Of a stretch of 64,000 nt of DNA, positions 55,126 through 63,516 are shown piece after piece (position 1 is the first letter of the stretch; every line of letters starts with the position of its first letter). Location: contig JAMPGA010000001.1 in NCBI GenBank assembly GCA_023664185.1, positions 839,473 through 903,472 on the forward strand, given 5' to 3'. The notes below the pieces were generated by a model, which saw only the letters and a list, made by a program, of their open reading frames with translations, was not told where the DNA came from and made no database searches. The DNA is from Muribaculaceae bacterium (lineage in GTDB: Bacteria > Bacteroidota > Bacteroidia > Bacteroidales > Muribaculaceae). Made by a program: the position numbers and the translations under genes.

Positions 55126-55976
55126 TGGTCTATCTGGGAATAATGCTTTCCAAGATATTTTTTATGTGTGATTCTGGTGATGACTGTGGGGCTAATGAGC
55201 TTTGAGAGTCTCCATATCTGGGTGGCAAGCCAGGGGGTGGGGTAGAGACTCAGAATCATTTGGTCTTCACGCTCCCTTTTCTTCCATGAAGGATGGTTTT
55301 TATCGGCCATGGGCGACGCTGCGAAGTTCTGCCCCGTGGTCTTTGACAGTTCATGACACCGGAAAGCCCAGCAATATCGCCCAATGCGCCTGAAGGGGTG
55401 GCCTGTGGCTATGAGACGCTTCCAGAACTCGGTGTCCATGGCATAGCCGAAATCCTCGCGCAGGTAGCCGATCTCATCAAACACCGATCGTCTCACAAAG
55501 GCCGAGGGGCCACCGTTGGAAAATTGGAACCGCTTGTTCCAGAAAGCCGATTCGCCCTCGATGAGTCCGCTGCGTATTATCACCCCCTTGCTGTCTATCC
55601 ACACCACGTTGCCCAGATAAAAATCGGTGGAGGGATATCTGTGTGCAGCGCGGTCTATGGCCCGGAGTGTGCCCGGCATCATAACATCGTCGGAATTCAG
55701 CCAGGTCACAAACTCACCTTTGGCCCGGCGGAAGCCATTGTTGATGGCCTCGCTCTGTCCGCCGTCGGGAGCCGACTGCCAGTGAGCCAGACGAGACTCG
55801 TAGCGGCGTATCACATCCACCGAGCCGTCGGTCGAACCGCCGTCCATCACTATCACTTCATAGTTTGTATAGTCCTGATTGAACACCGAGAGGAGAGCCT
55901 CGTCGAGATATTCAGCCTGGTTGAACGACGGTATTATAATGGATATAGCGGTTTCCCTGTCTGTGCACTTTGTCAT
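55122..55976 (-). CDS. Glycosyltransferase family 2
   Basis: SIIIPSFNQ, MDGGSTDGS, GQSEAINNG, WLNSDD. Confidence 0.92.
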   Translation of the reverse strand: MTKCTDRETAISIIIPSFNQAEYLDEALLSVFNQDYTNYEVIVMDGGSTDGSVDVIRRYESRLAHWQSAPDGGQSEAINNGFRRAKGEFVTWLNSDDVMMPGTLRAIDRAAHRYPSTDFYLGNVVWIDSKGVIIRSGLIEGESAFWNKRFQFSNGGPSAFVRRSVFDEIGYLREDFGYAMDTEFWKRLIATGHPFRRIGRYCWAFRCHELSKTTGQNFAASPMADKNHPSWKKREREDQMILSLYPTPWLATQIWRLSKLISPTVITRITHKKYLGKHYSQIDQ

Positions 55977-57210
55977 TGAGATAAGCCTGACTGTATTGGG
56001 TTATGAAAAATATAATGCTGAACACTGTAATGGGGCGGCTGCCCAAGGGGGAGAAGAGGATATCCCATATGGTCATCGATGCGAGCACCAGATTGAACAG
56101 CAGCATCCTGGGATTGTACAGTAGATATCTGAACAGGAATTTGAACATCAGCACCAACACCCACAGCCACAAGAACATACCCAGAATGCCGGCCTGGATC
56201 CAGGAACCGAAGATGTGGGAGTGTGTGGGCATGTATTGATCCATTCCCGATATGCCTCGGTTCACCGACTTCTCTATGCCAATCTTTTCGCGGAAGCGGT
56301 TCACCACATTGTCTTTGTCCTTGGCAAAGCTGCCATAACCCATCAGCGGGTTGGCTATTATGGCATATCCGGCTTCAAAGAAGTCTATTCGTCCGGAGGC
56401 TATGCCTATTGCCGAGCTGGCCTGTTTTTTGTATTTCAGCTGAGCATACTCGCCCAGCACACCTTTGGCGGCCAGGCTGGAGTAGAGGTATTTCACACCT
56501 CCGAAAGCCACACACAGACAGAGAACAAGGGGTATGGAGTGGCGGTAGAGAGCCCGGCGCCGCGCACGCTTGTTGCTGTTGTTTACCTTGCCGATGGTGA
56601 GCAGTATTATCACATCAAGTGTATAGATGAGAAACAGGTATCTCGATAGATTGAATAGCCCGTAGAAGCCAAAGGCAAATATCGTGATGCAGGCTGCCTT
56701 GCGGTGTCCGGCATAATACATGTAGGCAGCTGCCGCAAGAAACAGATATTGCAGAGAGTAGTAGCCCCACACGATATCGGCTATCTCGCTATCCTCTGTC
56801 CCTGAACCAAAGAGCAGATATGAAAGATAGCGCGAAATGGCAGCTCCGGCAATGAAGGTGAGCATACGCTCGGGCTTGTCGCTCAGCATCCAGTAGCCAA
56901 ACGGTATGAGGCAGAGGAAGAACACCACATTGAACGCCCCCTTCAGACTGTTTTCCAGAGAGCTTTCGTTGTAAATGTCGGCTATCAACACTCCGGCCAG
57001 CCACAGACATGCCAGGGTGGCGAAAGTGCGCATGCGGCCGTTGTGGAGAAACGATCTGAACGGTATGAACGGAGTGATGAGAAATACCAGTATCTCGCCT
57101 GCGGCAAATGTGCCCAACAGGCGGAATTTGACGAATGTGAGCAATCCCACAAGAAAGATCAGCTTGTCTTTCCTGTCGAATTGTTTTATGTATTGTCTGA
57201 TGGGAGACAT
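55912..57210 (-). CDS. wzy: Probable polysaccharide polymerase/ligase (Wzy/WaaL-like)
   Basis: About 10-11 TM segments, periplasmic loop with SGR, P.MGYG and HS.....W.Q.GI.G motifs; directly follows wzx. Confidence 0.7.
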   Translation of the reverse strand: MSPIRQYIKQFDRKDKLIFLVGLLTFVKFRLLGTFAAGEILVFLITPFIPFRSFLHNGRMRTFATLACLWLAGVLIADIYNESSLENSLKGAFNVVFFLCLIPFGYWMLSDKPERMLTFIAGAAISRYLSYLLFGSGTEDSEIADIVWGYYSLQYLFLAAAAYMYYAGHRKAACITIFAFGFYGLFNLSRYLFLIYTLDVIILLTIGKVNNSNKRARRRALYRHSIPLVLCLCVAFGGVKYLYSSLAAKGVLGEYAQLKYKKQASSAIGIASGRIDFFEAGYAIIANPLMGYGSFAKDKDNVVNRFREKIGIEKSVNRGISGMDQYMPTHSHIFGSWIQAGILGMFLWLWVLVLMFKFLFRYLLYNPRMLLFNLVLASMTIWDILFSPLGSRPITVFSIIFFITQYSQAYLNDKVHRQGNRYIHYNTVVQPG

Positions 57211-57218
57211 AAAGGCAA

Positions 57219-58538
57219 TCAATTATTCCATATTCCTGTGGCGGTGCCCCTTATGAGAGCCATGCATTGGCGTCCGCTCCATATAAGCCTAAGCAGGCTT
57301 ATGGCAGAGAGTGTCACGGGAATGCCTGCCACTCCGATGTGGCCACACAGGTAGATGGCCAAAGGAATGAACAGGACGGTTTGGATGATTTCGGCGCAGA
57401 ACTGCACTTTGAGTTTTCCGGTGCCGTTGATGAAGTTGACAAAGATATTGCCCGGAATCAGGAGCACCACATATAGTGCACACCATAGAGTCAGAGCCAA
57501 GGGGATATTCACCTCGCTCTTCAGCCAGATGCGGTAGACTGGGGCTGAGAGGAGCGTCATGGCCACCGCTATGGCGCAGAGCAAGCCCCACATGCCCAGC
57601 AGACGGCGCAGGGTGGAGTTCATCCAGGACAGGTCATTTTTTGTATACGCCTCTGTCACAGCCGACCATACAGGGGTCAACACAATGTTTGATACCAGCA
57701 GAAGCACTGAAAAATACTTGTAGGCAAGATTGTAGGGGGTCACCTCGGCCGGACCCAGGAGGTGGGAAATGATGATGTTTGACGATAAAAATATCACCAC
57801 CGTGGTGATCTGTATAACAAAAAATCGTGCGCTCAGCGACGCCAGCTGTCCGAAAAGCCTCAGACGTATGTACTTGATCGACGGCCGCAGAAACCTGTAT
57901 CGGCTGAACACCACGGGATACATGGCCACATATACCAGCGCCGGTACTGCCGTGAAGATAAGAGCCACCAGCTGCAGCGACGATGCCGTGGTGCGGGTGA
58001 TGATCCATATCAGCACCAGCGAGATGAGGCTGCCGATAAAGTAGATGATGTCGTTCATGGCCGGCTGCTGAAGGGCAGTGTAGACTGTGCCAACCAGTCG
58101 CACTATAAAGGTGAGACACGTGAATCCCACCACGATGAGCATGGTCGAACCCAGCGAGCTGACTCTGGCGGGCTCTACATTGAGCATGCTATACCAATCT
58201 ATCCACCGACTGGCGGCCAGATATAGCAGAAAGAAAGTCCCGATTATCACGGCGAGCACAAAAAATGTGGTGCTCACGTAGATACGCCCGCTCTCGGTGT
58301 CCTCGTGGGCCATGGCCTCGGCAAGCTTGTTGCGCAGGCCGTTGCCCAGCCCTATGTCGAGCAGGAAAATCCAGCTCACTGTGGTGCTTATGGTTAGCCA
58401 CACACCATACTCGTAGTCGTTGAGATAGTCAAGGGTTATGGGAACCACGATGAAGGAAATCAGCGCGGCGCCCCCTCTGAACACAGAGGAAGCCAGGATG
58501 TTTTTAACTACGTTGCGGCTGCGGGTGTTGGTGATCAA
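57219..58538 (-). CDS. wzx: Polysaccharide flippase (MOP/MATE superfamily)
   Basis: YG.WLTIS, DIGLGNGLRNKLAEA, about 12 TM segments; TTG is the only in-frame start near the predicted N-terminus. Confidence 0.88.
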   Translation of the reverse strand: MITNTRSRNVVKNILASSVFRGGAALISFIVVPITLDYLNDYEYGVWLTISTTVSWIFLLDIGLGNGLRNKLAEAMAHEDTESGRIYVSTTFFVLAVIIGTFFLLYLAASRWIDWYSMLNVEPARVSSLGSTMLIVVGFTCLTFIVRLVGTVYTALQQPAMNDIIYFIGSLISLVLIWIITRTTASSLQLVALIFTAVPALVYVAMYPVVFSRYRFLRPSIKYIRLRLFGQLASLSARFFVIQITTVVIFLSSNIIISHLLGPAEVTPYNLAYKYFSVLLLVSNIVLTPVWSAVTEAYTKNDLSWMNSTLRRLLGMWGLLCAIAVAMTLLSAPVYRIWLKSEVNIPLALTLWCALYVVLLIPGNIFVNFINGTGKLKVQFCAEIIQTVLFIPLAIYLCGHIGVAGIPVTLSAISLLRLIWSGRQCMALIRGTATGIWNN

Positions 58539-58544
58539 GGTTGA

Positions 58545-58844
58545 GAGTGTGTCTAATAAAGGGTGTTAACGCGTAGGGTTCATGTTATGAGATGTGTTTA
58601 TCGATGCAGTTTCGGGAGTGTACTGGATGTACACGACTGAAACAAAGCGATAAAGACATCCATAGCATGAAGTCAAATCATTCTTTCTTTTCGCGTTATT
58701 TCGCCTCATAAGACTTTTATAAATTCTGAAATGTTGTTTTAACGAGTGTGAATTAACGAAAGTTACCTCGGCTCGGCCACTCTTTGCCGCTTTTTGTCTA
58801 AAGATTGGCCCCCTACACGTTAACATCCTTTATTAGACACACTC
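58545..58844. mobile_element. 300-bp MITE-like element with 34-bp terminal IRs and TGA target duplication
   Basis: GAGTGTGTCTAATAAAGGGTGTTAACGCGTAGGG (58545-58578) versus reverse complement of 58811-58844 matches 32/34; TGA at 58542-58544 and at 58845-58847. Confidence 0.75.
58566..58826 (-). CDS. 86-aa ORF spanning the element from IR to IR (translation unproven)
   Basis: ATG lies in the right IR, TAA in the left IR, same frame as wzx; no recognisable family. Confidence 0.3.
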   Translation of the reverse strand: MLTCRGPIFRQKAAKSGRAEVTFVNSHSLKQHFRIYKSLMRRNNAKRKNDLTSCYGCLYRFVSVVYIQYTPETASINTSHNMNPTR

Positions 58845-59081
58845 TGAGTCAAGACAAAATCTTCCATTCCGGCCTCCTGTAAAAGAAGCCGACAAAGCAG
58901 GGATGGCTCGGAGTTTTTTCTGCGACCCGACGAGAGATCGCTGCGAGGCTCGCCACGGCTTCCTGACCCAGGCAGTCGGTAGGCGCATCCCGGTGTCTGT
59001 CTCCTTTGTTGCGGCTCTGTGGCCGGGACAGTGAACAGACTCACTTCCCTGTATGGCGATCAGCCGGAGCTAATCCGGGCG

Positions 59082-59113
59082 CAAATTTACAGAATATTTG
59101 TGGTATATCCAAA
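59082..59113 (-). promoter_or_regulatory. Consensus Bacteroidetes sigma-A promoter driving the glycan locus
   Basis: TTTG (59113-59110) - N20 - TAAATTTG (59089-59082) on the minus strand. Confidence 0.75.
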
Positions 59114-59117
59114 TTTG

Positions 59118-60188
59118 TCAGAGGTAGTGGCGCAGGGGGTGAGGGGAGCATATCGTTCCGGGTGGGATGGGTGTGCCGAGATCGTGAGGGGTCAGGGAGG
59201 TGCCGTCGGGGAGCAGGAGCAGATAGTCGTCGTAGGGGAGAAGCCGGAAGCTGTCAGCGAGTGTGAAACCGGCGGGGAGGGCTATGTCGTCACTCGCGAT
59301 CATCGGCACAGAGCTCGGGAAGGCTTTGAGATATGCCTGCCGCAACAACTGATGGAGCGTGGCGGGAGTAGATGTGAGGCATCGACGCCCGATGCACGAT
59401 ATTTCTGAGGGCATATCGGGAGGAGTAGCCGCTGGGAGGATGAGTATATTCCCTTTCACATCGAATCCCTCTGGCGTGTGGGTAACGATGAATTCGGCTA
59501 TCTTTCTGCCATATGCGCCGGGGTTTATTATGGTAGTGCCAGCTGCAGAGGTGACACCGGGATTGCTGTGGACGTGTCCGCTCACTATGAGGTCGATTCC
59601 GACGGTCTGCGCGGCTATTTCAGCGCACTCCTGCGGCCCCAGGTGGAAGAGCCCCACGGTGAGATCAGGGGTGGCGGAAGCCCGCAGTGAGGCGAGGACG
59701 GAGCGGATACTCTCCAGAGGGTCAGCGATCTCCGCACCCTGCCATCCGGCCAGTGCGCACTCCGGGGTGACGAGCCCAATGACAGCAATGAGCCATCCGT
59801 CAGCCCGAATCAGTGTCCATGGCTTCACATTGTCAACTCCTCGGAGATTAGCTGCAAGCAGCGGTGCTGTTAGTGTGGCGCCATATTGGCTGAATGCCTC
59901 CGGCCCGGCATCAAGATCATGGTTGCCCGGCGCCATGGCGTCATATCCGGCTTCGTTGGCAAGAAGAGCCGGAAGATTAGGCGAGCGGGTCAGCAGATGG
60001 TTTGCCGCATAGGCCGGCAGCCCGCCCCCCATAAAGTCGCCTGCGTCGAGCAGAAGGTGGGGCATGGGGTATGACGACACAAACTCCCTCACCCGAGCCA
60101 GCGAGCCGACATCGGGGCGGGGAGTTTGCTGTCCGTTGTAATAGAGACCGTGGAGGTCTGTGGTGGCCAGTATACCAAACTGTTTCAT
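59118..60188 (-). CDS. Calcineurin-like metallophosphoesterase (5'-nucleotidase/CpdB N-terminal domain) with reduced C-terminus
   Basis: TTDLHG, DAGDFMGG, GNHDLD, LFHLG, SGHVH; no signal peptide. Confidence 0.82.
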   Translation of the reverse strand: MKQFGILATTDLHGLYYNGQQTPRPDVGSLARVREFVSSYPMPHLLLDAGDFMGGGLPAYAANHLLTRSPNLPALLANEAGYDAMAPGNHDLDAGPEAFSQYGATLTAPLLAANLRGVDNVKPWTLIRADGWLIAVIGLVTPECALAGWQGAEIADPLESIRSVLASLRASATPDLTVGLFHLGPQECAEIAAQTVGIDLIVSGHVHSNPGVTSAAGTTIINPGAYGRKIAEFIVTHTPEGFDVKGNILILPAATPPDMPSEISCIGRRCLTSTPATLHQLLRQAYLKAFPSSVPMIASDDIALPAGFTLADSFRLLPYDDYLLLLPDGTSLTPHDLGTPIPPGTICSPHPLRHYL

Positions 60189-60964
60189 CAGGGATTGGGG
60201 CCTGTGTATAGTGCTCTCACTTTTCCCACCGAGAGTTTGCCCTCCACTTTCAGGGGTATGCGCCGGGCGTCAGTGGTGATCCATGCCGAGATAGGAGCCG
60301 AGCTCTGTTTGCCGTGGCTGGTGAAGGTGAAATTGATGAGATAGGTATCAAACTTCGATCCGTTCAGATTCATGGTCTGCCGCCCCTTGTAGATTATCTT
60401 TAGTAGCTCTTTTTTTGCGCCCGAGAAGATATTGAGGGTCTTGCTGTCGCCGGCAGTCATGGAGTCGAAATCCATGGCGCGGAGATAGAAGAAAGCGCTG
60501 AGCATGTCGACGGTCATACCGGTGGCTTCCAGCTCGGTTTCCGATTTTTCAGTTTTGTCCGACTTGGCGGCTCGGCGGTATCTCACCACTTCGGCGGTGA
60601 AGATGTCGCCGTTGTGATTGAAAGTGAGGATATCTTTCTTATACTTGCCGTTCTCGTGGGCTATGAGGGTGTATTGGGTGGGGTATAGTCCCTGATGGGT
60701 CATGGTGGTGTAGAGGGTGTCGCGCAACATGTAGATGCTGTTGGCCCAGGGCGCGTTTTCGGCATAGAGACTGGCTCGATAGAAGTTGCCGTCGGAGCGC
60801 AGGGTCATAGTGGCATACCCGGCCACCTTATTGATGAATCCCCATTTGTAGATGACGTCGTAGGTCAGCGTCTCGTCGGAGAGCGTCGGCGTGGCTGTCT
60901 GCGCGCCCGCGGCCAGAGGCCCGAGCAGAACGCTTATCAGTATGAGGAGAAATGTTCGTTTCAT
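60188..60964 (-). CDS. DUF3108 family exported protein
   Basis: Start MKRTFLL with signal peptide; E.LTY...YKWG, D.LSAFFYLR, WITTDARRIPLK. Confidence 0.8.
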   Translation of the reverse strand: MKRTFLLILISVLLGPLAAGAQTATPTLSDETLTYDVIYKWGFINKVAGYATMTLRSDGNFYRASLYAENAPWANSIYMLRDTLYTTMTHQGLYPTQYTLIAHENGKYKKDILTFNHNGDIFTAEVVRYRRAAKSDKTEKSETELEATGMTVDMLSAFFYLRAMDFDSMTAGDSKTLNIFSGAKKELLKIIYKGRQTMNLNGSKFDTYLINFTFTSHGKQSSAPISAWITTDARRIPLKVEGKLSVGKVRALYTGPNP

Positions 60965-60981
60965 AAGAAATAGTTGAAGTG

Positions 60982-61611
60982 TTATAAATCCCCGAATGGG
61001 AGAGCCGATCGGGCGGCTTGCTCTATTCGCTTGTTGCGCCAGCACTTGCGGCACACAGCTATATAGCGGTCATCGCCTCCTATCTCCACCTGCTCACCTT
61101 CTTCCACAAAGTCGCCGTTGCGGTCTATGCGGGCGTTTATTATGGTTTTGTGGCCACAGGTGCAAGTCGATTTTATCTCGTCGATCGTGTCGGCTATCTC
61201 GAAGAGCCTGCGCGAGCCCTCAAAGAGGTGGCTTTGGAAGTCGGTGCGAAGACCGTAGCAAATCACATTGCTGCCAAAGTCGTCAACCACTCTCGACAGC
61301 TGGTCTACCTGCTCGGCAGTGAGAAACTGAGCCTCGTCTACCAGAATCCAGTCTATCACGGCATCCATCTGAGCAAACATCTCGCGGGCCATCTCATAGA
61401 GGTCGCTTTCGTGATATATCCAGCGACATTCACGTTCTATGCCGATGCGCGATCGGATCACGTTTTTCGACTCGCGGGTGTCTATCACGGGCTTGAGACA
61501 CACGTATCTCATGCCTCGTTCTTCAAAGTTGTATGCTGTTGTGAGCAGAAGCGCGGTCTTGGCCGAGCCCATTGTGCCATATCGGAAATATAGTTTTCCT
61601 TTTCTATACAT
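60982..61611 (-). CDS. tdk: Thymidine kinase
   Basis: Start MYRKGKLYFRYGTMGSAKT; VDEAQFL, YGLRTDF, CTCG, YIAVCRKC. Confidence 0.96.
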   Translation of the reverse strand: MYRKGKLYFRYGTMGSAKTALLLTTAYNFEERGMRYVCLKPVIDTRESKNVIRSRIGIERECRWIYHESDLYEMAREMFAQMDAVIDWILVDEAQFLTAEQVDQLSRVVDDFGSNVICYGLRTDFQSHLFEGSRRLFEIADTIDEIKSTCTCGHKTIINARIDRNGDFVEEGEQVEIGGDDRYIAVCRKCWRNKRIEQAARSALPFGDL

Positions 61612-61684
61612 CTCAGTGGGTGTGGGGGGAATGATGTAAGGGGGATGAATATATTTTTTGCGGCACAAAGGTAATGAACTTTTC

Positions 61685-62320
61685 TCAGACACCCAACTTT
61701 TCAGTCTGCCGTGTCAGCACATAGTCCATATGGCTCATTTCATATTTCAGCAGCGTACCCTTCACCTTCACATCCTCCATCAGCTTCATGCCACCATAGC
61801 GGATGGCCAGAGCGCTTTTGAGCGATTCCTCAAGCCGGGTCACCATCTCGGGAGGAAGTGTGAACTCTGAGGCCGGGGTAGTACCGTCGATAGATGTGGA
61901 CACGCTCGAGGGGTCGACTTTCACGGTGATGGTCTGGGGGTCGATGGAGAGCGATACTTCATCGTCATCTATCACATTCCATGTTCCACTGGCCTGAGCG
62001 ATGGCTGAAGCTGTGAGCCCTACGGGCATGGTGCCGTCTCCCTCGGCCACTACCTGGGTCGACATTGTCATGACGGCCTCGATGGTCAGGGGGCCTACCG
62101 GGAATTTGCCGTTGGATATATAGGCCGTGTCGGGCTTAAAGTAATAGCTCTCAGTGATGGAGGCGGTCACAGCGGCATTGTCGGTGACCTGTTCGGGTGT
62201 TCCGGCCCAGATGCCGGTCATCTGCGATGCCAGGCGCTTCTCCTCGCTCTCACACGAACTGATCGACATGGCCATTGCTGCCACTGCCACAGCTACTGAT
62301 AAAATTTTTGAAATTTTCAT
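61685..62320 (-). CDS. Hypothetical lipoprotein
   Basis: Start MKISKIL at 62320; lipobox SSC followed by acidic ESEE. Confidence 0.78.
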   Translation of the reverse strand: MKISKILSVAVAVAAMAMSISSCESEEKRLASQMTGIWAGTPEQVTDNAAVTASITESYYFKPDTAYISNGKFPVGPLTIEAVMTMSTQVVAEGDGTMPVGLTASAIAQASGTWNVIDDDEVSLSIDPQTITVKVDPSSVSTSIDGTTPASEFTLPPEMVTRLEESLKSALAIRYGGMKLMEDVKVKGTLLKYEMSHMDYVLTRQTEKLGV

Positions 62321-62392
62321 ATGCTGGTTTCTTTTCTGATTAATCATTACCATATTTTTACAACGAACAACTATGCCCAATGGTTTGTAATA

Positions 62393-62424
62393 TTTGCTTA
62401 CGGAAGGCAAATTTATTAATTTTG
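62393..62424 (+). promoter_or_regulatory. Sigma-A promoter for ssb-maf, overlapping a divergent -7 element
   Basis: TTTG-N20-TAATTTTG on the plus strand; TAAATTTG on the minus strand at 62415-62408. Confidence 0.65.
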
Positions 62425-62441
62425 CGATATAGATATCAGTT

Positions 62442-62768
62442 ATGAGTGTAAACAAAGTAATCCTTCTGGGCAATGTGGGCAAGGATCCCGAGATCCGCTA
62501 CATTCAGACACGCCCCATAGCCACCTTCTCGCTGGCCACCAACGAGCCTGCTCCTCCTGCTCCCGACGGGCAGGCTGCCCCGCCGCGCACCGAATGGCAC
62601 AATATAGTGATGTGGGATGCCATGGCCACCACTGCCGAGCGCTACATACGCAAGGGTACACGGCTGTATGTGGAGGGCAAACTGCGTCATCGCGTCTGGC
62701 AGGATCGTAATGCCATATCGCGCACCGTCACCGAAATCTATGTGGACTATTTCGAAATTTTAGGCTGA
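62442..62768 (+). CDS. ssb: Single-stranded DNA-binding protein, OB fold only
   Basis: VNKVILLGNVGKDPE, TEWHNIV, YVEGKLR; ends at EILG* with no acidic tail. Confidence 0.9.
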   Translation: MSVNKVILLGNVGKDPEIRYIQTRPIATFSLATNEPAPPAPDGQAAPPRTEWHNIVMWDAMATTAERYIRKGTRLYVEGKLRHRVWQDRNAISRTVTEIYVDYFEILG

Positions 62769-62784
62769 TTATCCCTACTGATGT

Positions 62785-63375
62785 ATGTTTAAACCGCTTT
62801 CCAATCTTAATAAATATGATGTGGTGCTGGCCAGCGGCTCACCACGCCGCCGCGAACTGCTGGCGCTGCTCGATATTGACTTCCGCGTTGACACTTCTCA
62901 CTCTGTTGACGAATGTGTGCCCGAAGGAATGTTTCCCGAAGATATCCCGGTCTATCTATCTAAGCTCAAAGCTGATGCCTATCCCCTTGAGCCTGACGAT
63001 CGCCGTCTGGTTATCACGGCCGATACCATCGTGATTCTCGATGGCCGGGTACTTGGCAAACCCTCGTCGCTCAAAGCTGCCGCCGAGATGCTTGCACTCC
63101 TCCAGGGCAACACACAGACGGTGATAACCGGAGTGACCATCCGCACAGCCACATCCACGCAGACATGGAGCGTGGAAACCAAAGTGCAGTTTTCCGACCT
63201 TACTCCCGAGGAGATAGCCTACTATGTGGAGCAATATCAGCCCCTCGACAAAGCCGGCGCCTATGGCATACAGGAATGGATTGGTGCAGCCGCCATCCGC
63301 TCCATCCAGGGCAGCTTCTATAATGTGATGGGTCTTCCCGTCCACCGCCTATACCAGGCTCTCAAGGCTGTTTGA
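62785..63375 (+). CDS. maf: Maf family nucleoside triphosphate pyrophosphatase (YhdE type)
   Basis: LASGSPRRRELL, ITADT, LGKP, DKAGAYGIQ, NVMGLP. Confidence 0.94.
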   Translation: MFKPLSNLNKYDVVLASGSPRRRELLALLDIDFRVDTSHSVDECVPEGMFPEDIPVYLSKLKADAYPLEPDDRRLVITADTIVILDGRVLGKPSSLKAAAEMLALLQGNTQTVITGVTIRTATSTQTWSVETKVQFSDLTPEEIAYYVEQYQPLDKAGAYGIQEWIGAAAIRSIQGSFYNVMGLPVHRLYQALKAV

Positions 63376-63462
63376 AAAGTCATGGGACTCAGGAAACCAA
63401 AAGTCGAGTGTTTCATAGCCCTCCTGTGGGAGTTTGAAAAAATTAAGATTTTTTAGGTATGG

Positions 63463-63493
63463 TTTGTTTGATATTAAAAAAAGTATATCTTTG
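63463..63493 (+). promoter_or_regulatory. Sigma-A promoter for the terminal lipoprotein gene
   Basis: TTTG-N19-TATCTTTG, 24 nt before the ATG. Confidence 0.7.
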
Positions 63494-63516
63494 CCGTTGA
63501 ACTTAAAATATTTTTT

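Noticed and set aside
58560-58570. Resemblance of (A/G)TGTTAA in the IR to the XerD arm of dif
   Set aside because: Only 6-7 bp match and the XerC arm and spacing do not align.
58627-58653. MYTTETKR* as a possible IS5 transposase N-terminus inside the MITE
   Set aside because: Too short to separate from chance.
58545-58844. Classical Mpi-type invertible promoter
   Set aside because: IRs do not resemble ARACGTTCGT, there is no full consensus promoter inside, a good promoter lies outside, and a TGA duplication favours transposition. Inversion remains untested rather than excluded.
59019-59408. 129-aa plus-strand ORF
   Set aside because: Overlaps the glycan promoter and the phosphoesterase antisense; no motifs or promoter support.
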